A stretch of DNA of 64,000 nt from Bacteroidaceae bacterium (GTDB lineage: Bacteria; Bacteroidota; Bacteroidia; Bacteroidales; Bacteroidaceae), in the NCBI GenBank assembly GCA_017938245.1, contig JAGBBX010000024.1:47050-111049 (forward strand), in the 5' to 3' direction. This document shows, one piece after another, positions 1-9,973 of the stretch. The translations under genes and the position numbers were made by a program. Positions within the stretch are counted from its first letter, which is position 1; each line of letters starts with the position of its first letter. The notes under the pieces are model-generated. The model was not told where the DNA came from. It did no database searches and was given only the letters and a program-made list of their open reading frames with translations.

Positions 1-84
1 ATCTCTTTTGAGTTCCCTCACACAAGGTTCGGGATGACATATTACCGAATCAACATATATCATTACTTTTATATTTCATCATCT

Positions 85-115
85 GTCATTTCGAACGAAG
101 TGAGAAATCTAATCA
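85..115 (+). repeat. Short dispersed repeat unit GTCATTTCGAACGAAGTGAGAAATCT..., copy 1
   Basis: A near-identical unit recurs at 548-580 (+) and 768-794 (-). The companion motif TTCAGAATGACAAA is at 121-135, 521-535 and 583-598. Confidence 0.7.
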
Positions 116-152
116 CTACATTCAGAATGACAAACTCGGTTCTAAGAAATAA

Positions 153-458
153 CTAATCGAACCATTCCATCTCTTCTGCTAAATCTTTTTTCTGTGGATT
201 TACTGAAGCTATAAGGTTCTCTTTTTTTGCTCTATTCCACCCTTTCAATTCTTTCTCACGCTTTATGGCATCTTCTATAAATTTATATTCCTCATAATAA
301 ATAAGGTAATGACATCTATACTTCTTTGTAAAGCCCTCAATTACACCTGTTTTATGCTCCACATACCTGCGATACAAATCATTTGTCACACCTATGTACA
401 AAACAGTGCGCGTTCTGTTTGACATAATATACACCCAATATCGATGAACATTAATCAT
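153..458 (-). CDS. GIY-YIG nuclease family protein (UPF0213-like)
   Basis: 101-aa ORF. The N-terminal YWVYIMSN...VLYIGVTNDLYRRYVEHK matches the GIY-YIG signature. Confidence 0.85.
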   Translation of the reverse strand: MINVHRYWVYIMSNRTRTVLYIGVTNDLYRRYVEHKTGVIEGFTKKYRCHYLIYYEEYKFIEDAIKREKELKGWNRAKKENLIASVNPQKKDLAEEMEWFD

Positions 459-547
459 AATAGGCTTTATAGCATTTCATTTTTTGCCATTTTAAACGCA
501 GTAAGAGATTCTTCGCTACGCTCAGAATGACAAACATAGCCAAACTT

Positions 548-580
548 GTCATTTCGAACAAAGTGAGAAATCTAATCAAC
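548..580 (+). repeat. Short dispersed repeat unit, copy 2
   Basis: GTCATTTCGAACAAAGTGAGAAATCTAATCAAC; one substitution relative to copy 1. Confidence 0.7.
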
Positions 581-767
581 ACGTTCTGAATGACAAATTA
601 CACTCATTCTATATGTTAAGAAAGAAGTAATTATTTTGCAAATATAAGAATCATATTTTAAATAATCAGAGTTTTTCAAGAATATAATTATCTTGCAACA
701 TTCTCAACTGACGAACTTAACTCAAAATATTGCAAGAATTACCGGTAACAATATTAAAAAGCATATA

Positions 768-794
768 AGATTTCTCATATTCGTTCGAAATGAC
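768..794 (-). repeat. Short dispersed repeat unit, copy 3 (inverted)
   Basis: The reverse complement reads GTCATTTCGAACGAATATGAGAAATCT. Confidence 0.6.
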
Positions 795-1096
795 ATTGAC
801 TTATAAGTCTCATTTAGAGTTAAGTTACTATATATTCTTCGTTTTCTAAAACTTAAATGGTTCGATGCGCAAAGTTGTCTTTGACGGCTGAATAACAACA
901 CCCACAAGAATAGAAGCATAGAGCGACCATTTACCCGATTCTATCATAAGATCATTGACACAGCAAAACTCAATGATATGCTTTCCCGCAACTGTTCCCA
1001 TTAAATATGGATAGCATTATAATTAGAACATTATAATTAGAAATCTTTAATAAGCAAAAAAAATCTTAATCACTTTTATTTACAACACATAATAAT

Positions 1097-1104
1097 TACC
1101 TTTG
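1097..1104 (+). promoter_or_regulatory. Bacteroidetes-type -7 box (TACCTTTG)
   Basis: Matches TAnnTTTG and lies about 33 nt upstream of the ATG at 1137. Confidence 0.5.
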
Positions 1105-1136
1105 CGAATATATAACACAAACACCGATAAAACCGT

Positions 1137-4100
1137 ATGAGAGCAATACTATCTTCACTGTTTCTTCTGTTATTGGCACTGCCGGCAGCTGCACAGAATA
1201 ATGTCGACGAGACTGCCAAGAGAGCCCTTGTTATGGGTCGAACACTAGTCCCCGAGTATGTCTATATGCATTTCGACAATACAGCCTACTATCTTGGCGA
1301 GACGATGTGGTTCAAGGCATATGTAACAAGTGGAAACAGCGACAAGACAAGCACACTGAGCAAAGTTCTCTACGTGGAGCTTGTGGCACCCGAGGGCTAC
1401 GTGGTTGAAACAAAAAAGTATAAACTCGACGATAGCGGCAGTTGCAACGGTGAATTTGAACTTAACCCGCTGCTTCTCTCGGGATATTACGAGGTTCGTG
1501 CCTACACACGATATATGCTGAACCGAAACAGCGAGGCCGTATTCAGCCGTGTGTTTCCCATTTTCGACAAGGTAAATGCCAATAATTGGGATTTTAAGAA
1601 TATGCTCGACCGCAAACGTGGTTTTATGTATCGTGGCGAGTGGGTCAATTCGGAACTTCCCGAGTGCACAATCACATTTTTCCCCGAGGGAGGTCATCTT
1701 GTGAGTGGTATCACAACACGTGTTGCATACGAACTTCGCGCCATAGATGGGGTATTCGGCAACGACACCGTAACCATTCTTAAGGATGGGAAACCTCTGC
1801 TGACAACCGTTCCCACACACAATGGCAAAGGCTATTTCGAGATAACTCCCGAAGCAAAGAGTAAATACACCGCTCAAGTATACAGCACCAACAAAAAGGG
1901 TAAAAGAGAGCGTTTCCGCTTCGACCTGCCCAAGATTGAGGCGGTCGGTGTAGGAATTAATGTTACACAAGATGCTGCTAACGTAACCATCAAAATAAGC
2001 AACAACGACAAGGAGAGTGGCGAGTTGGGCTTTGCACTGCTCCATCGCGGCACTATGGGTTTCTACAAAAAACTGCCTGCCGAGCAAAGCGAACACACAT
2101 TCACTCTACCCAAAAGCGGTCTTTTGGAGGGTGTCACACGTGCTGTAGTATTCAGCGATGAGATTCCTCTTGCCGAGCGTCAGTTCTTTGTAATGCACGC
2201 CCAACTGCAAAAGAATGACCGCCAAACAGTAAAACTGAATGTAAAAGGCAATAACTACAATATAAATAACCTAACCCCTAAAAGGCACGAAAAGATAACC
2301 ATCAGCATAGAGCGCGAAGATGGCAAGCCTATCGATAGCAATGTACAATTCTCGCTATCGGTAACCGATGCCGCAGGCAATCAATCGACATCTTGGGATT
2401 ATAATATGTATAGTTATCTGCTGTTGGGCTCGGAACTTAAGGGCTATATCCCCGATGCCTCACAATATTTCGTGCCCGAGAACAAGAATAGAGACGAGCA
2501 GCTCGACCTGCTTATGCTCACTCACGGATGGACATCATACGACTGGAACAAACTAATACAGATAAAGATGTCGCAGCTGCAACCCATAGAGCGAGGAATA
2601 ACACTAAAGGGTACTCTCTACCAGAAGAGCCGCGAGGATGGGCCCGGGCGATACAGCAAAGTAAACATTAAGCCTTCTAAATTCAACCTGACAAGCTTGC
2701 AATTCTCCTACGACAACAAGGTTGCCGAGCAAGAGGAGTTCCGTACCGACTCGACGGGTTCGTTTACCCTGGAGTTGGACGATTTCTACGGCAGGCGCGT
2801 AGGCAAACTAATCCCCACCGATAACTATCGTCACACCGACAATGTGTGGTATGCTTTCTCTCTGGACCGTTACTACTCGCCCAAATTCCGACTCTACGAC
2901 TATTGGGAGAGGAATTTAGGAGAATCGGTCGAGGAGCCTGTTAACGACAGCCTTATCAGACTGAACCCCTTTGAATATATGTTGGGACCATTGGAGGTTG
3001 TAACTGCAAAGAAAGAGGTACGCAACGGACGTCCGCCTCACAGCGAGATGCGTTTCGACTATCTTGACGAGTGGGAGTATGCACAGGATATAACATACCT
3101 TAAAGACGGCACCGCCAGTGACGAGCTGTACGACCTTGCCATCCACGAGGATTATATGAACGAGATTACCGATATTGAGTCGACCGATGTTGTAGAAGAG
3201 AACAGTAACCTCGAAGAGGATGAAGCAACGAATAACGGCCTCGACCCTGCCGAGCACCTCGAGAATCAGACTGCCGACATTTTCGACAATCAACGCCCAT
3301 CGGGTATATATGTCATAGACGGCAGCAAATCGGATCACGGAAAGTATCTCGGCAATATGTATTTCCCCGGTAAATTAGACAATACAAAATATATGGGTAC
3401 TACGGAACAGAGCTACAAAAACACACTCACCGCCGAGGATGTTGTGCGCAGTGCAATGTACCGTCACAACTACAACTGGGCCTATTGGGTGCAACTAATG
3501 GTAGTCCTGGGCGATTACGATCCATATAAAGTTCCTGCACCCGACACCGAGTATTACAAAGGAAAAGACCCAGAGAAGATGGTTCGTTTCAAGGAAATAG
3601 TGATACGCAGCGACGAAAAGACAAGAAAGCAGTTCGAGAACACAAGTGTCTCTTGGGGACGCAAGACAAGTTCACTGAACAATAAAGAGCCGTTCACACG
3701 ATTCTATTTAGGATTCCTATCGCAAAGCTACCTTATTGCACGCGAGGGGGTAGACAACGCCCCTATGCCCGAGGTATTCCTCAGAGAACTTAAATCGGGA
3801 CAGATAACCAGCGGTGGCGGACAGTCGGCACCATTCAACCCTAATTATGTAGCCTGCCTCATCCCTCAAAAAGAGAGCGACGGCGATCTTATAACACCCG
3901 ACTTCTCCAATATGAGCGCAGCACGCTATACATCAATCCAGGGATATAACAAGAGCAAACAGTTCTACTCGCCCGACTACGGCAAGATGAAGCCCGATGC
4001 ACAGAACAACGACTACCGTCGCACACTCCTTTGGATACCCACCATAAAAGCCGAGAACGGCAAGATAAAGGCCGAACTATATAACAGCAGCTACTGCGAT

Positions 4101-4988
4101 GCCATAAAAGTAAACGTCGACGGAGTAGACGGCAACACATTCTACAGCAACAGCAATATGCTCACACGCACGATGGAGCAGAGGGCCACAGATGTGCAAA
4201 CACCTACGCAGCAAGAGAACAGCGCACCACAGAAGATTCAATACAGCAAAGAGGATGAGCAAGCGCTCAAAGAGAGGTGCGAGCTTGGTGATATAATGTA
4301 TAATCAGCAAAAATATACAGGAGCAATAAAAATATATGCCGAACTGTTGCAGTATAACTACCCGCCTGCAATGCACAAGATTGGATTATGCCACATACAC
4401 GGTCGCGGACTGGCAAAGAATATTGATAAAGCGATGGAATTCCTCACTCTTGCTGCCGAGTATGGTAACGGTGAATCGATGTTTACTCTTGCCGAAATAT
4501 ATCATAGCTACTACGGGAAGAGAGACGCGAGAAAGGCTACTGAGTGGTTAAAACGTGCCGAGGAGTGCGCTCAAAGCGACATTCTTGCCAAAGTAGCCTA
4601 CCACTATTACAATGGCACCATAGTAGAGAAGGATACCGTAAAAGCAATTAAATTATTCCGCGCAACGGCAATAGCCGGCAATGCCGACGGACAATATATG
4701 TATGGCAGATATATGCTGCAACAGGGCATTGCGAGCGAGAAAGAGATTGGCACACCTATTGAGAGCATAAAGCGTGCAGCAGCGCAATCGCACACCGAAG
4801 CTATGTTATTTATGATGCGCCACCACTACAATGCTCAAGAGCATAAAGCGGCATACAGTTGGGCCAACAAACTGCATCAGATAGGTGTAAAAGAGGGTAC
4901 GCTGCATCTTGCCGAGTGCTACGAAAAGGGATTGGGAGTGAAACGCGACAAGCGCCTTGCCGAAGATTTAAGGCGCGAAGCGAAATAA
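1137..4988 (+). CDS. Large secreted protein: N-terminal MG2/alpha-2-macroglobulin-like region and C-terminal Sel1/TPR-like repeats
   Basis: 1283-aa ORF with signal peptide MRAILSSLFLLLLALPAAAQ. It has a YYLGETMWFKAY-type N-terminal motif. The C-terminus carries repeated G-x-G-V/L-x-K-D/N...A-x-x-W/F Sel1-like units. Confidence 0.8.
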   Translation: MRAILSSLFLLLLALPAAAQNNVDETAKRALVMGRTLVPEYVYMHFDNTAYYLGETMWFKAYVTSGNSDKTSTLSKVLYVELVAPEGYVVETKKYKLDDSGSCNGEFELNPLLLSGYYEVRAYTRYMLNRNSEAVFSRVFPIFDKVNANNWDFKNMLDRKRGFMYRGEWVNSELPECTITFFPEGGHLVSGITTRVAYELRAIDGVFGNDTVTILKDGKPLLTTVPTHNGKGYFEITPEAKSKYTAQVYSTNKKGKRERFRFDLPKIEAVGVGINVTQDAANVTIKISNNDKESGELGFALLHRGTMGFYKKLPAEQSEHTFTLPKSGLLEGVTRAVVFSDEIPLAERQFFVMHAQLQKNDRQTVKLNVKGNNYNINNLTPKRHEKITISIEREDGKPIDSNVQFSLSVTDAAGNQSTSWDYNMYSYLLLGSELKGYIPDASQYFVPENKNRDEQLDLLMLTHGWTSYDWNKLIQIKMSQLQPIERGITLKGTLYQKSREDGPGRYSKVNIKPSKFNLTSLQFSYDNKVAEQEEFRTDSTGSFTLELDDFYGRRVGKLIPTDNYRHTDNVWYAFSLDRYYSPKFRLYDYWERNLGESVEEPVNDSLIRLNPFEYMLGPLEVVTAKKEVRNGRPPHSEMRFDYLDEWEYAQDITYLKDGTASDELYDLAIHEDYMNEITDIESTDVVEENSNLEEDEATNNGLDPAEHLENQTADIFDNQRPSGIYVIDGSKSDHGKYLGNMYFPGKLDNTKYMGTTEQSYKNTLTAEDVVRSAMYRHNYNWAYWVQLMVVLGDYDPYKVPAPDTEYYKGKDPEKMVRFKEIVIRSDEKTRKQFENTSVSWGRKTSSLNNKEPFTRFYLGFLSQSYLIAREGVDNAPMPEVFLRELKSGQITSGGGQSAPFNPNYVACLIPQKESDGDLITPDFSNMSAARYTSIQGYNKSKQFYSPDYGKMKPDAQNNDYRRTLLWIPTIKAENGKIKAELYNSSYCDAIKVNVDGVDGNTFYSNSNMLTRTMEQRATDVQTPTQQENSAPQKIQYSKEDEQALKERCELGDIMYNQQKYTGAIKIYAELLQYNYPPAMHKIGLCHIHGRGLAKNIDKAMEFLTLAAEYGNGESMFTLAEIYHSYYGKRDARKATEWLKRAEECAQSDILAKVAYHYYNGTIVEKDTVKAIKLFRATAIAGNADGQYMYGRYMLQQGIASEKEIGTPIESIKRAAAQSHTEAMLFMMRHHYNAQEHKAAYSWANKLHQIGVKEGTLHLAECYEKGLGVKRDKRLAEDLRREAK

Positions 4989-5001
4989 AGGAAATACGGC
5001 A

Positions 5002-5150
5002 GCGAAAATAGACGGCACTCGCTGAAAAAAATATTCAAGCAAGCTTGATATTTTTCGCTCGTTTGAATGAATCTTTGCGGCAAGCCGCGAAAATAGACGG
5101 CACTCGCTAAAAAAAATATTCAAGCAAGCTTGATATTTTTCGCTCGTTTG
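5002..5150 (+). repeat. Tandem duplication (2 x 64 bp, period 85 bp) of a hairpin plus T-run element
   Basis: 5002-5065 and 5087-5150 are identical apart from one G/A difference. Each copy holds an imperfect hairpin AAATATTCAAGC/GCTTGATATTT followed by TTTTT. This is probably the terminator of the upstream gene. Confidence 0.8.
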
Positions 5151-5167
5151 TAACTATCTTTGCAACG

Positions 5168-5413
5168 ATGAAAGGACAAAAAAAGATAAATAACAATACA
5201 GAAAAGTTCCTCTTAGGTGAGGAACTACTCTCCGAAGCAGCGGCAGCTCTATTTGAAGAACCTGCCAGAATAGCTCGTGATATATCACCCGAGGAGGCAT
5301 TGGAATTCGAGGAACTACACAATATTGTATCTTCGGGCGCATATTCGTACAAAGGCGATGACACTCTTTCCATCGCAGCTGAAGATGAAACACCCTACGG
5401 TGAAGATGAATAG
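5168..5413 (+). CDS. Small acidic hypothetical protein
   Basis: 81-aa ORF. A TATCTTTG box at 5155-5162 lies only about 5 nt from the ATG, so the mRNA would be leaderless. No recognisable family. Confidence 0.35.
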   Translation: MKGQKKINNNTEKFLLGEELLSEAAAALFEEPARIARDISPEEALEFEELHNIVSSGAYSYKGDDTLSIAAEDETPYGEDE

Positions 5414-5437
5414 AATTTAATTTATTCATTATAGATA

Positions 5438-5493
5438 ACGGGCGATTGAAAATCTCCCCTACACGTGAAGTGGGGTTGTTTCTCAATCGCCCG
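5438..5493. repeat. REP-like long imperfect hairpin (CGGGCGATT...AATCGCCCG)
   Basis: Inverted arms at 5438-5462 and 5472-5493 lie between convergent ORFs. They are related to the arms at 7581-7604 and 7647-7670. Confidence 0.65.
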
Positions 5494-5522
5494 AATATTT
5501 TTCGCTAATGATATACAATGGT

Positions 5523-7397
5523 TTATGATACAAACTCGTTCAATTCGAGCCAACGCATTGTCTTTTCGTCGATAAGATTCATCACCTCGGCAATTCGCTG
5601 CGACTTTTGCATAAGAGTGGCATTATCGAGCGTACCACTGCACATATCCTGTTCTATTTGCGCCTTTTCCTCCTCTAATTGTGTAATCTCACCCTCGAGT
5701 GCCTCATACTCGCGCTGTTCTTTGAATGTGAGTTTGCGTTTACCGCCATCGTCGCGTCGCGATGCCTTTGGTTGGCTGTTTTTGACAGCCCGCTCGGCCT
5801 CGGCTTTTGCTGCCGCTGCACGCTCTTCGTCGCGCCAATCGCGATAATCGGTGTAGTTACCCGGAAAATCTTTTATATCACCATTGCCATTAAAGACGAA
5901 AATGTGGTCTACAACACGGTCCATAAAATAGCGGTCGTGGCTAACCACAATAACGCATCCCTTGAACTCGCGCAGATACTCTTCGAGAATCTGCAATGTG
6001 TCAATATCGAGGTCGTTGGTAGGCTCGTCGAGGACAAGGAAATTGGGATTCGCCATAAGTACCGTACAAAGATAGAGACGGCGTTTCTCTCCTCCACTTA
6101 GTTTATAAACATAGCTATACTGCTTCTCGGGTGAGAAGAGAAAATGTTGCAGGAACTGCGATGCAGTGAGCATACGATTGCCAACAGGGATAACCTCGGC
6201 AATGGCTTTTACAACGTCAATCACCTTCATCTGCTCGTTGAACGAGAGTCCCTCCTGGCTGTAGTATCCCCATTTTACCGTCTCGCCAACCTCTATTATA
6301 CCACTGTCGGGAGCAACACGACCAAGAAGCATCTTGATAAAAGTAGATTTTCCCGTGCCGTTATTTCCTACAATACCCAATTTCTCGTATCGCGAGAATG
6401 TATAGTAAAAGTCGTGGGTGATAACCTTGTCGCCAAAAGCCTTCTCAAGAGCTTTCATCACAAAAATCTTACTACCGATATACTGCGATTTTATCTCGAG
6501 CGACACGCTTGAATCGTCGCGCATTGCAGCCGCCTTCTCCTGTAGTTTATAAAAAGCCTCTATACGGTATTTTGCCTTATGGGCACGCGCCTGCGGTTGC
6601 CGACGCATCCAATCGAGTTCGGTGCGCAGAAGATTTCGCGCACGCGCTGTCTCGGCAGCAAGATTCTCAAGACGCTCTTCGCGACGCTGTAGAAAATAGC
6701 TGTAATTACCCTTATAACGATAGATGCGACAATCGTCAATCTCTATTATCTCGTTACATACACGGTCGAGAAAGTAGCGATCGTGCGTTACCATAAGGAG
6801 GCTGCCTGTGAAACGCGACAGATAATCCTCGAGCCACTCTACCATCTCCATATCCAAGTGGTTGGTAGGCTCGTCGAGTATCATTATATCCGGTTGTTCT
6901 ATTAATACCGATGCAAGTGCTATGCGTTTCTTCTGCCCTCCCGACAATTCTGTTACAGGCTGTGAGAAATTAGTAATCTTCAGCATCTGAAGCACCTGCT
7001 TGGCACGATTCTCATAATCCCACGCCTCGAGACGGTCCATCTCCTCTATAAGATGATGCAACTGACGCTCGTCGCCATCGGCAAGCGCTTTCTCGTAACG
7101 TGCTATGAGCTGCGACTTTTCGCTATTGCGACGCAAACAAGCATCTATCACCGTTAGTCCATCCTGAAAATCGGGTTCTTGTTCAAGGTAACCTACTGTA
7201 ACACCGCTTCGTAATGTTATCTTACCCTCATCAGCTGTATCTTCACCGGCTATAATCTTAAGCAAAGTACTTTTTCCTTTACCATTGCGCGCAATGAGTC
7301 CAATACGCTGACGTTCCTCAATCGCAAACGAAATATCGCTGAAGAGTACTAAGTCACCAAAACTCTTGGCAAGCCCCTCTATCTGTAAATCTATCAT
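5523..7397 (-). CDS. ABC-F family ATPase (Uup/EttA-like, two ABC cassettes plus C-terminal coiled coil)
   Basis: 624 aa. Two Walker A motifs (GLIARNGKGKST, GIVGNNGTGKST) and two LSGG signatures. The C-terminal tail is charged. Confidence 0.9.
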   Translation of the reverse strand: MIDLQIEGLAKSFGDLVLFSDISFAIEERQRIGLIARNGKGKSTLLKIIAGEDTADEGKITLRSGVTVGYLEQEPDFQDGLTVIDACLRRNSEKSQLIARYEKALADGDERQLHHLIEEMDRLEAWDYENRAKQVLQMLKITNFSQPVTELSGGQKKRIALASVLIEQPDIMILDEPTNHLDMEMVEWLEDYLSRFTGSLLMVTHDRYFLDRVCNEIIEIDDCRIYRYKGNYSYFLQRREERLENLAAETARARNLLRTELDWMRRQPQARAHKAKYRIEAFYKLQEKAAAMRDDSSVSLEIKSQYIGSKIFVMKALEKAFGDKVITHDFYYTFSRYEKLGIVGNNGTGKSTFIKMLLGRVAPDSGIIEVGETVKWGYYSQEGLSFNEQMKVIDVVKAIAEVIPVGNRMLTASQFLQHFLFSPEKQYSYVYKLSGGEKRRLYLCTVLMANPNFLVLDEPTNDLDIDTLQILEEYLREFKGCVIVVSHDRYFMDRVVDHIFVFNGNGDIKDFPGNYTDYRDWRDEERAAAAKAEAERAVKNSQPKASRRDDGGKRKLTFKEQREYEALEGEITQLEEEKAQIEQDMCSGTLDNATLMQKSQRIAEVMNLIDEKTMRWLELNEFVS

Positions 7398-7520
7398 TCT
7401 ATTTTCTTTATAGTTGCGCGAAGATAGTGATTTTTAACGCTGCACCCAACAGAGAATATAAAAAAGTATTACTGTCCGATAAAAATAGAATAATCCCAAA
7501 AAGTGCTATTGACGGAGCCT

Positions 7521-7556
7521 TTCTCCTACTTTTCGTCGGCACGAAAAGTAGGAGAA
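7521..7556. repeat. Perfect 16-bp-stem hairpin (TTCTCCTACTTTTCGT cggc ACGAAAAGTAGGAGAA)
   Basis: Read directly from the sequence, in the intergenic region upstream of the ABC-F gene. Confidence 0.8.
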
Positions 7557-7580
7557 AAATAACAATGAAAGGCTATGATT

Positions 7581-7670
7581 CGGGCGATTAGAAATCGCCC
7601 CTACTCTCAATGAAAAGTAATGAATATCAATGATTTACCGCGGACTGTAGGGGCGATTTTTAATCGCCCG
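7581..7670. repeat. Inverted pair of 24-nt REP-like units (CGGGCGATTAGAAATCGCCCCTAC / GTAGGGGCGATTTTTAATCGCCCG)
   Basis: The arms at 7581-7604 and 7647-7670 are reverse complements with one mismatch. Confidence 0.75.
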
Positions 7671-7813
7671 CAACCGAGGCAATGAGAAAAGGCTGAATTT
7701 AGCAAACAAGCCTAAATGAGAGACTGAAAAAGTTTTACCAGACACCAATAATAAAAAAGAGAAAGCAGGGTAACCTTTTTTTGATTACCCTGCCTAATAT
7801 AAGAATATGTTTC

Positions 7814-8302
7814 TTATTTTCTTTCTCCACGACGTTCACCACGTTCACGTCTTTGGTCTCTATTCTCACCCCAGCTGCGACGACGCTTCTCTTGCTCCTC
7901 GCTGTATTTAAGATACTTCTCGTATTGCTCGGGCTTTAGAATCTCCTTCATCTGTGCATCTTTTACAGCCTTGCGCTGTTTCATCACCTCGCGGCGAGCC
8001 TGCATCTGCTCCTCGGTAGGACGCTGACGCTCAATCTTTTTGCCACTCTTACGAGCCTCCTCCATACGAGCACGACGCACCTTCATACTATCCTGCATAG
8101 CAACAGCATCGGAGTAATTCATTATATACACAAGCTGAAACTGCACACTATCGAGCCCTACAACATTGCTAAGTTGCTGAGTCTGCATCAGTGCCACCTG
8201 TTCAGGATTAAACTCGCGCTGCCGGCCACGACCTCTATTCTCCTGTGCCGATAATGTAATAGCCATCAACGCTACCAACACAAACAATAAATTTCTTTTC
8301 AT
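7814..8302 (-). CDS. Secreted K/R/E-rich protein (DUF4890-like?), hypothetical
   Basis: The start was moved to MKRNLLFVLVALMAITLSAQ (signal peptide). The longer ORF-track start lacks support. Confidence 0.7.
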   Translation of the reverse strand: MKRNLLFVLVALMAITLSAQENRGRGRQREFNPEQVALMQTQQLSNVVGLDSVQFQLVYIMNYSDAVAMQDSMKVRRARMEEARKSGKKIERQRPTEEQMQARREVMKQRKAVKDAQMKEILKPEQYEKYLKYSEEQEKRRRSWGENRDQRRERGERRGERK

Positions 8303-8489
8303 AACAGTCTGATATTTAAGTTTATAAATAGTAGTTCCTTTGCAAACTACGGTTCCCACTAAACTAGTAAGAACCGTAGACACCAAACATTGGAAAAATA
8401 ACAAGTAAGACAATTATAAACCTCGTCTCAATTATATGACTGCAAAAAGTATAAAAAGTCAAATAACAAACATTAATTTTAACATTTTT

Positions 8490-9143
8490 TTACAAACAAA
8501 CCATTCCATCGACCATTCTCACCGTTCTATCGGTGACAGATGCAAGCCCCTCGTCGTGCGTTACGATGAGAAAAGTCTGGTTAAAACGGTCGCGAAGTTC
8601 AAAGAAAAGTCTATGCAGTTCCTCTTTATTGCGACTGTCTAGACTTCCCGACGGCTCGTCGGCAAGGACCACATCGGGACGGTTTATAAGAGCACGAGCT
8701 ACCGCCACACGCTGATTCTCACCTCCCGACATCTCGGACGGTTTATGATGCGCCCGCTCGGCAAGACCCATAAGATTAAGCAGTTCCATAGCATCTTTTG
8801 TAGCCTGCGAAAGAGAGCGACCCGCTATGAGCGCAGGAATTGTTATATTTTCGAGTGCAGTAAACTCGGGCAGCAACTGATGAAACTGAAAAACGAACCC
8901 TATATGAGTATTGCGAAACTTTGCAAGCTGCGTCGAACTCATAGCAGCTATATTATCTCCATTAAAGCATATTGTGCCGCTATCGGGCCGGTCAAGAGCG
9001 CCAATCAACTGTAAAAGAGTTGTTTTTCCTGCACCACTGGGCCCGACGATGCTTATTACCTCGCCTTTATTAACAGTTAGGTCGACACCGCGAAGCACCT
9101 GCAAAGAGCCGAAACTTTTTTTCAAATTGCGAACCTCAATCAT
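8490..9143 (-). CDS. ABC transporter ATP-binding protein (LolD/MacB-type)
   Basis: 217 aa with Walker [10 protein letters not shown], signature MSGGENQR and Walker B VVLADEP. Confidence 0.9.
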   Translation of the reverse strand: MIEVRNLKKSFGSLQVLRGVDLTVNKGEVISIVGPSGAGKTTLLQLIGALDRPDSGTICFNGDNIAAMSSTQLAKFRNTHIGFVFQFHQLLPEFTALENITIPALIAGRSLSQATKDAMELLNLMGLAERAHHKPSEMSGGENQRVAVARALINRPDVVLADEPSGSLDSRNKEELHRLFFELRDRFNQTFLIVTHDEGLASVTDRTVRMVDGMVCL

Positions 9144-9847
9144 ATATTACGAATTACATATTCTGTAAGATAGCAACCGAATGTTGCCGTAAAATATCCC
9201 AACGAGCCAATAATTGGCTTTCCGCCTTGTGGATTGGGACGAATGGCCTCTTTTATTGGAGGCTCCATACTGAATACCACCGGCAGTTTATATTGTCCTC
9301 TCCACTGACGTAACAGACGACGAAGATTCTTTGCCAACGTACACTGCTCACTCTTCCACAAATCACCTATGCGTATAAGTGACAAATCGCACTTGGCACC
9401 GGCACCCATACTCGAAACAATTTTTATTCCACGCTCCCAACAGCCACACACAAGCGCAGCCTTTGAGTCGAGCGAATCAATGGCATCGACAACAAAATCG
9501 TATTGCACGCTGTCGAGCAGCTCATCGATATTTCCAGGCTCTATAAACTCCTGTCGCACCGAGAGTACAACCTCGGGGTTAATAGCTCTCAGTCTCTCGG
9601 CTACAACCTTGCATTTAGGCTCGCCAACGGTTGAGTGCAATGCAGGCATCTGACGGTTTATATTGGTAACGTCAACCACGTCGGCATCGACAAGGGTGAA
9701 GCGCCCCACCCCGGAGCGACACAACATTTCGGCAGCCCAAGAACCTACACCGCCCAAGCCCACAATAAGGATATGCGCCGAGGATAAACGAGCGCTTTTC
9801 TCACCACCCAAAATCAAATTGCCACGCTGTAACCAATGATTATCCAT
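9140..9847 (-). CDS. tcdA: ThiF/MoeB-family tRNA threonylcarbamoyladenosine dehydratase (TcdA-like)
   Basis: The start was taken at MDNHWLQRG. The motif is [23 protein letters not shown]...[13 protein letters not shown]. The 99-aa upstream extension in the ORF track overlaps the asd promoter and start. Confidence 0.8.
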   Translation of the reverse strand: MDNHWLQRGNLILGGEKSARLSSAHILIVGLGGVGSWAAEMLCRSGVGRFTLVDADVVDVTNINRQMPALHSTVGEPKCKVVAERLRAINPEVVLSVRQEFIEPGNIDELLDSVQYDFVVDAIDSLDSKAALVCGCWERGIKIVSSMGAGAKCDLSLIRIGDLWKSEQCTLAKNLRRLLRQWRGQYKLPVVFSMEPPIKEAIRPNPQGGKPIIGSLGYFTATFGCYLTEYVIRNI

Positions 9848-9918
9848 ATAAACTGTCAATTTATCGGCGAATTTACAAAAAAATCGACTAATTCGCAGTA
9901 TATATACAATTTTTCTTA

Positions 9919-9926
9919 TAATTTTG
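9919..9926 (+). promoter_or_regulatory. -7 box TAATTTTG upstream of asd
   Basis: TAnnTTTG match about 48 nt upstream of the ATG at 9974. Confidence 0.45.
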
Positions 9927-9973
9927 CACAACTTTTCAGAAACAGAATAGAATATACAAAATAATACAAGAAA

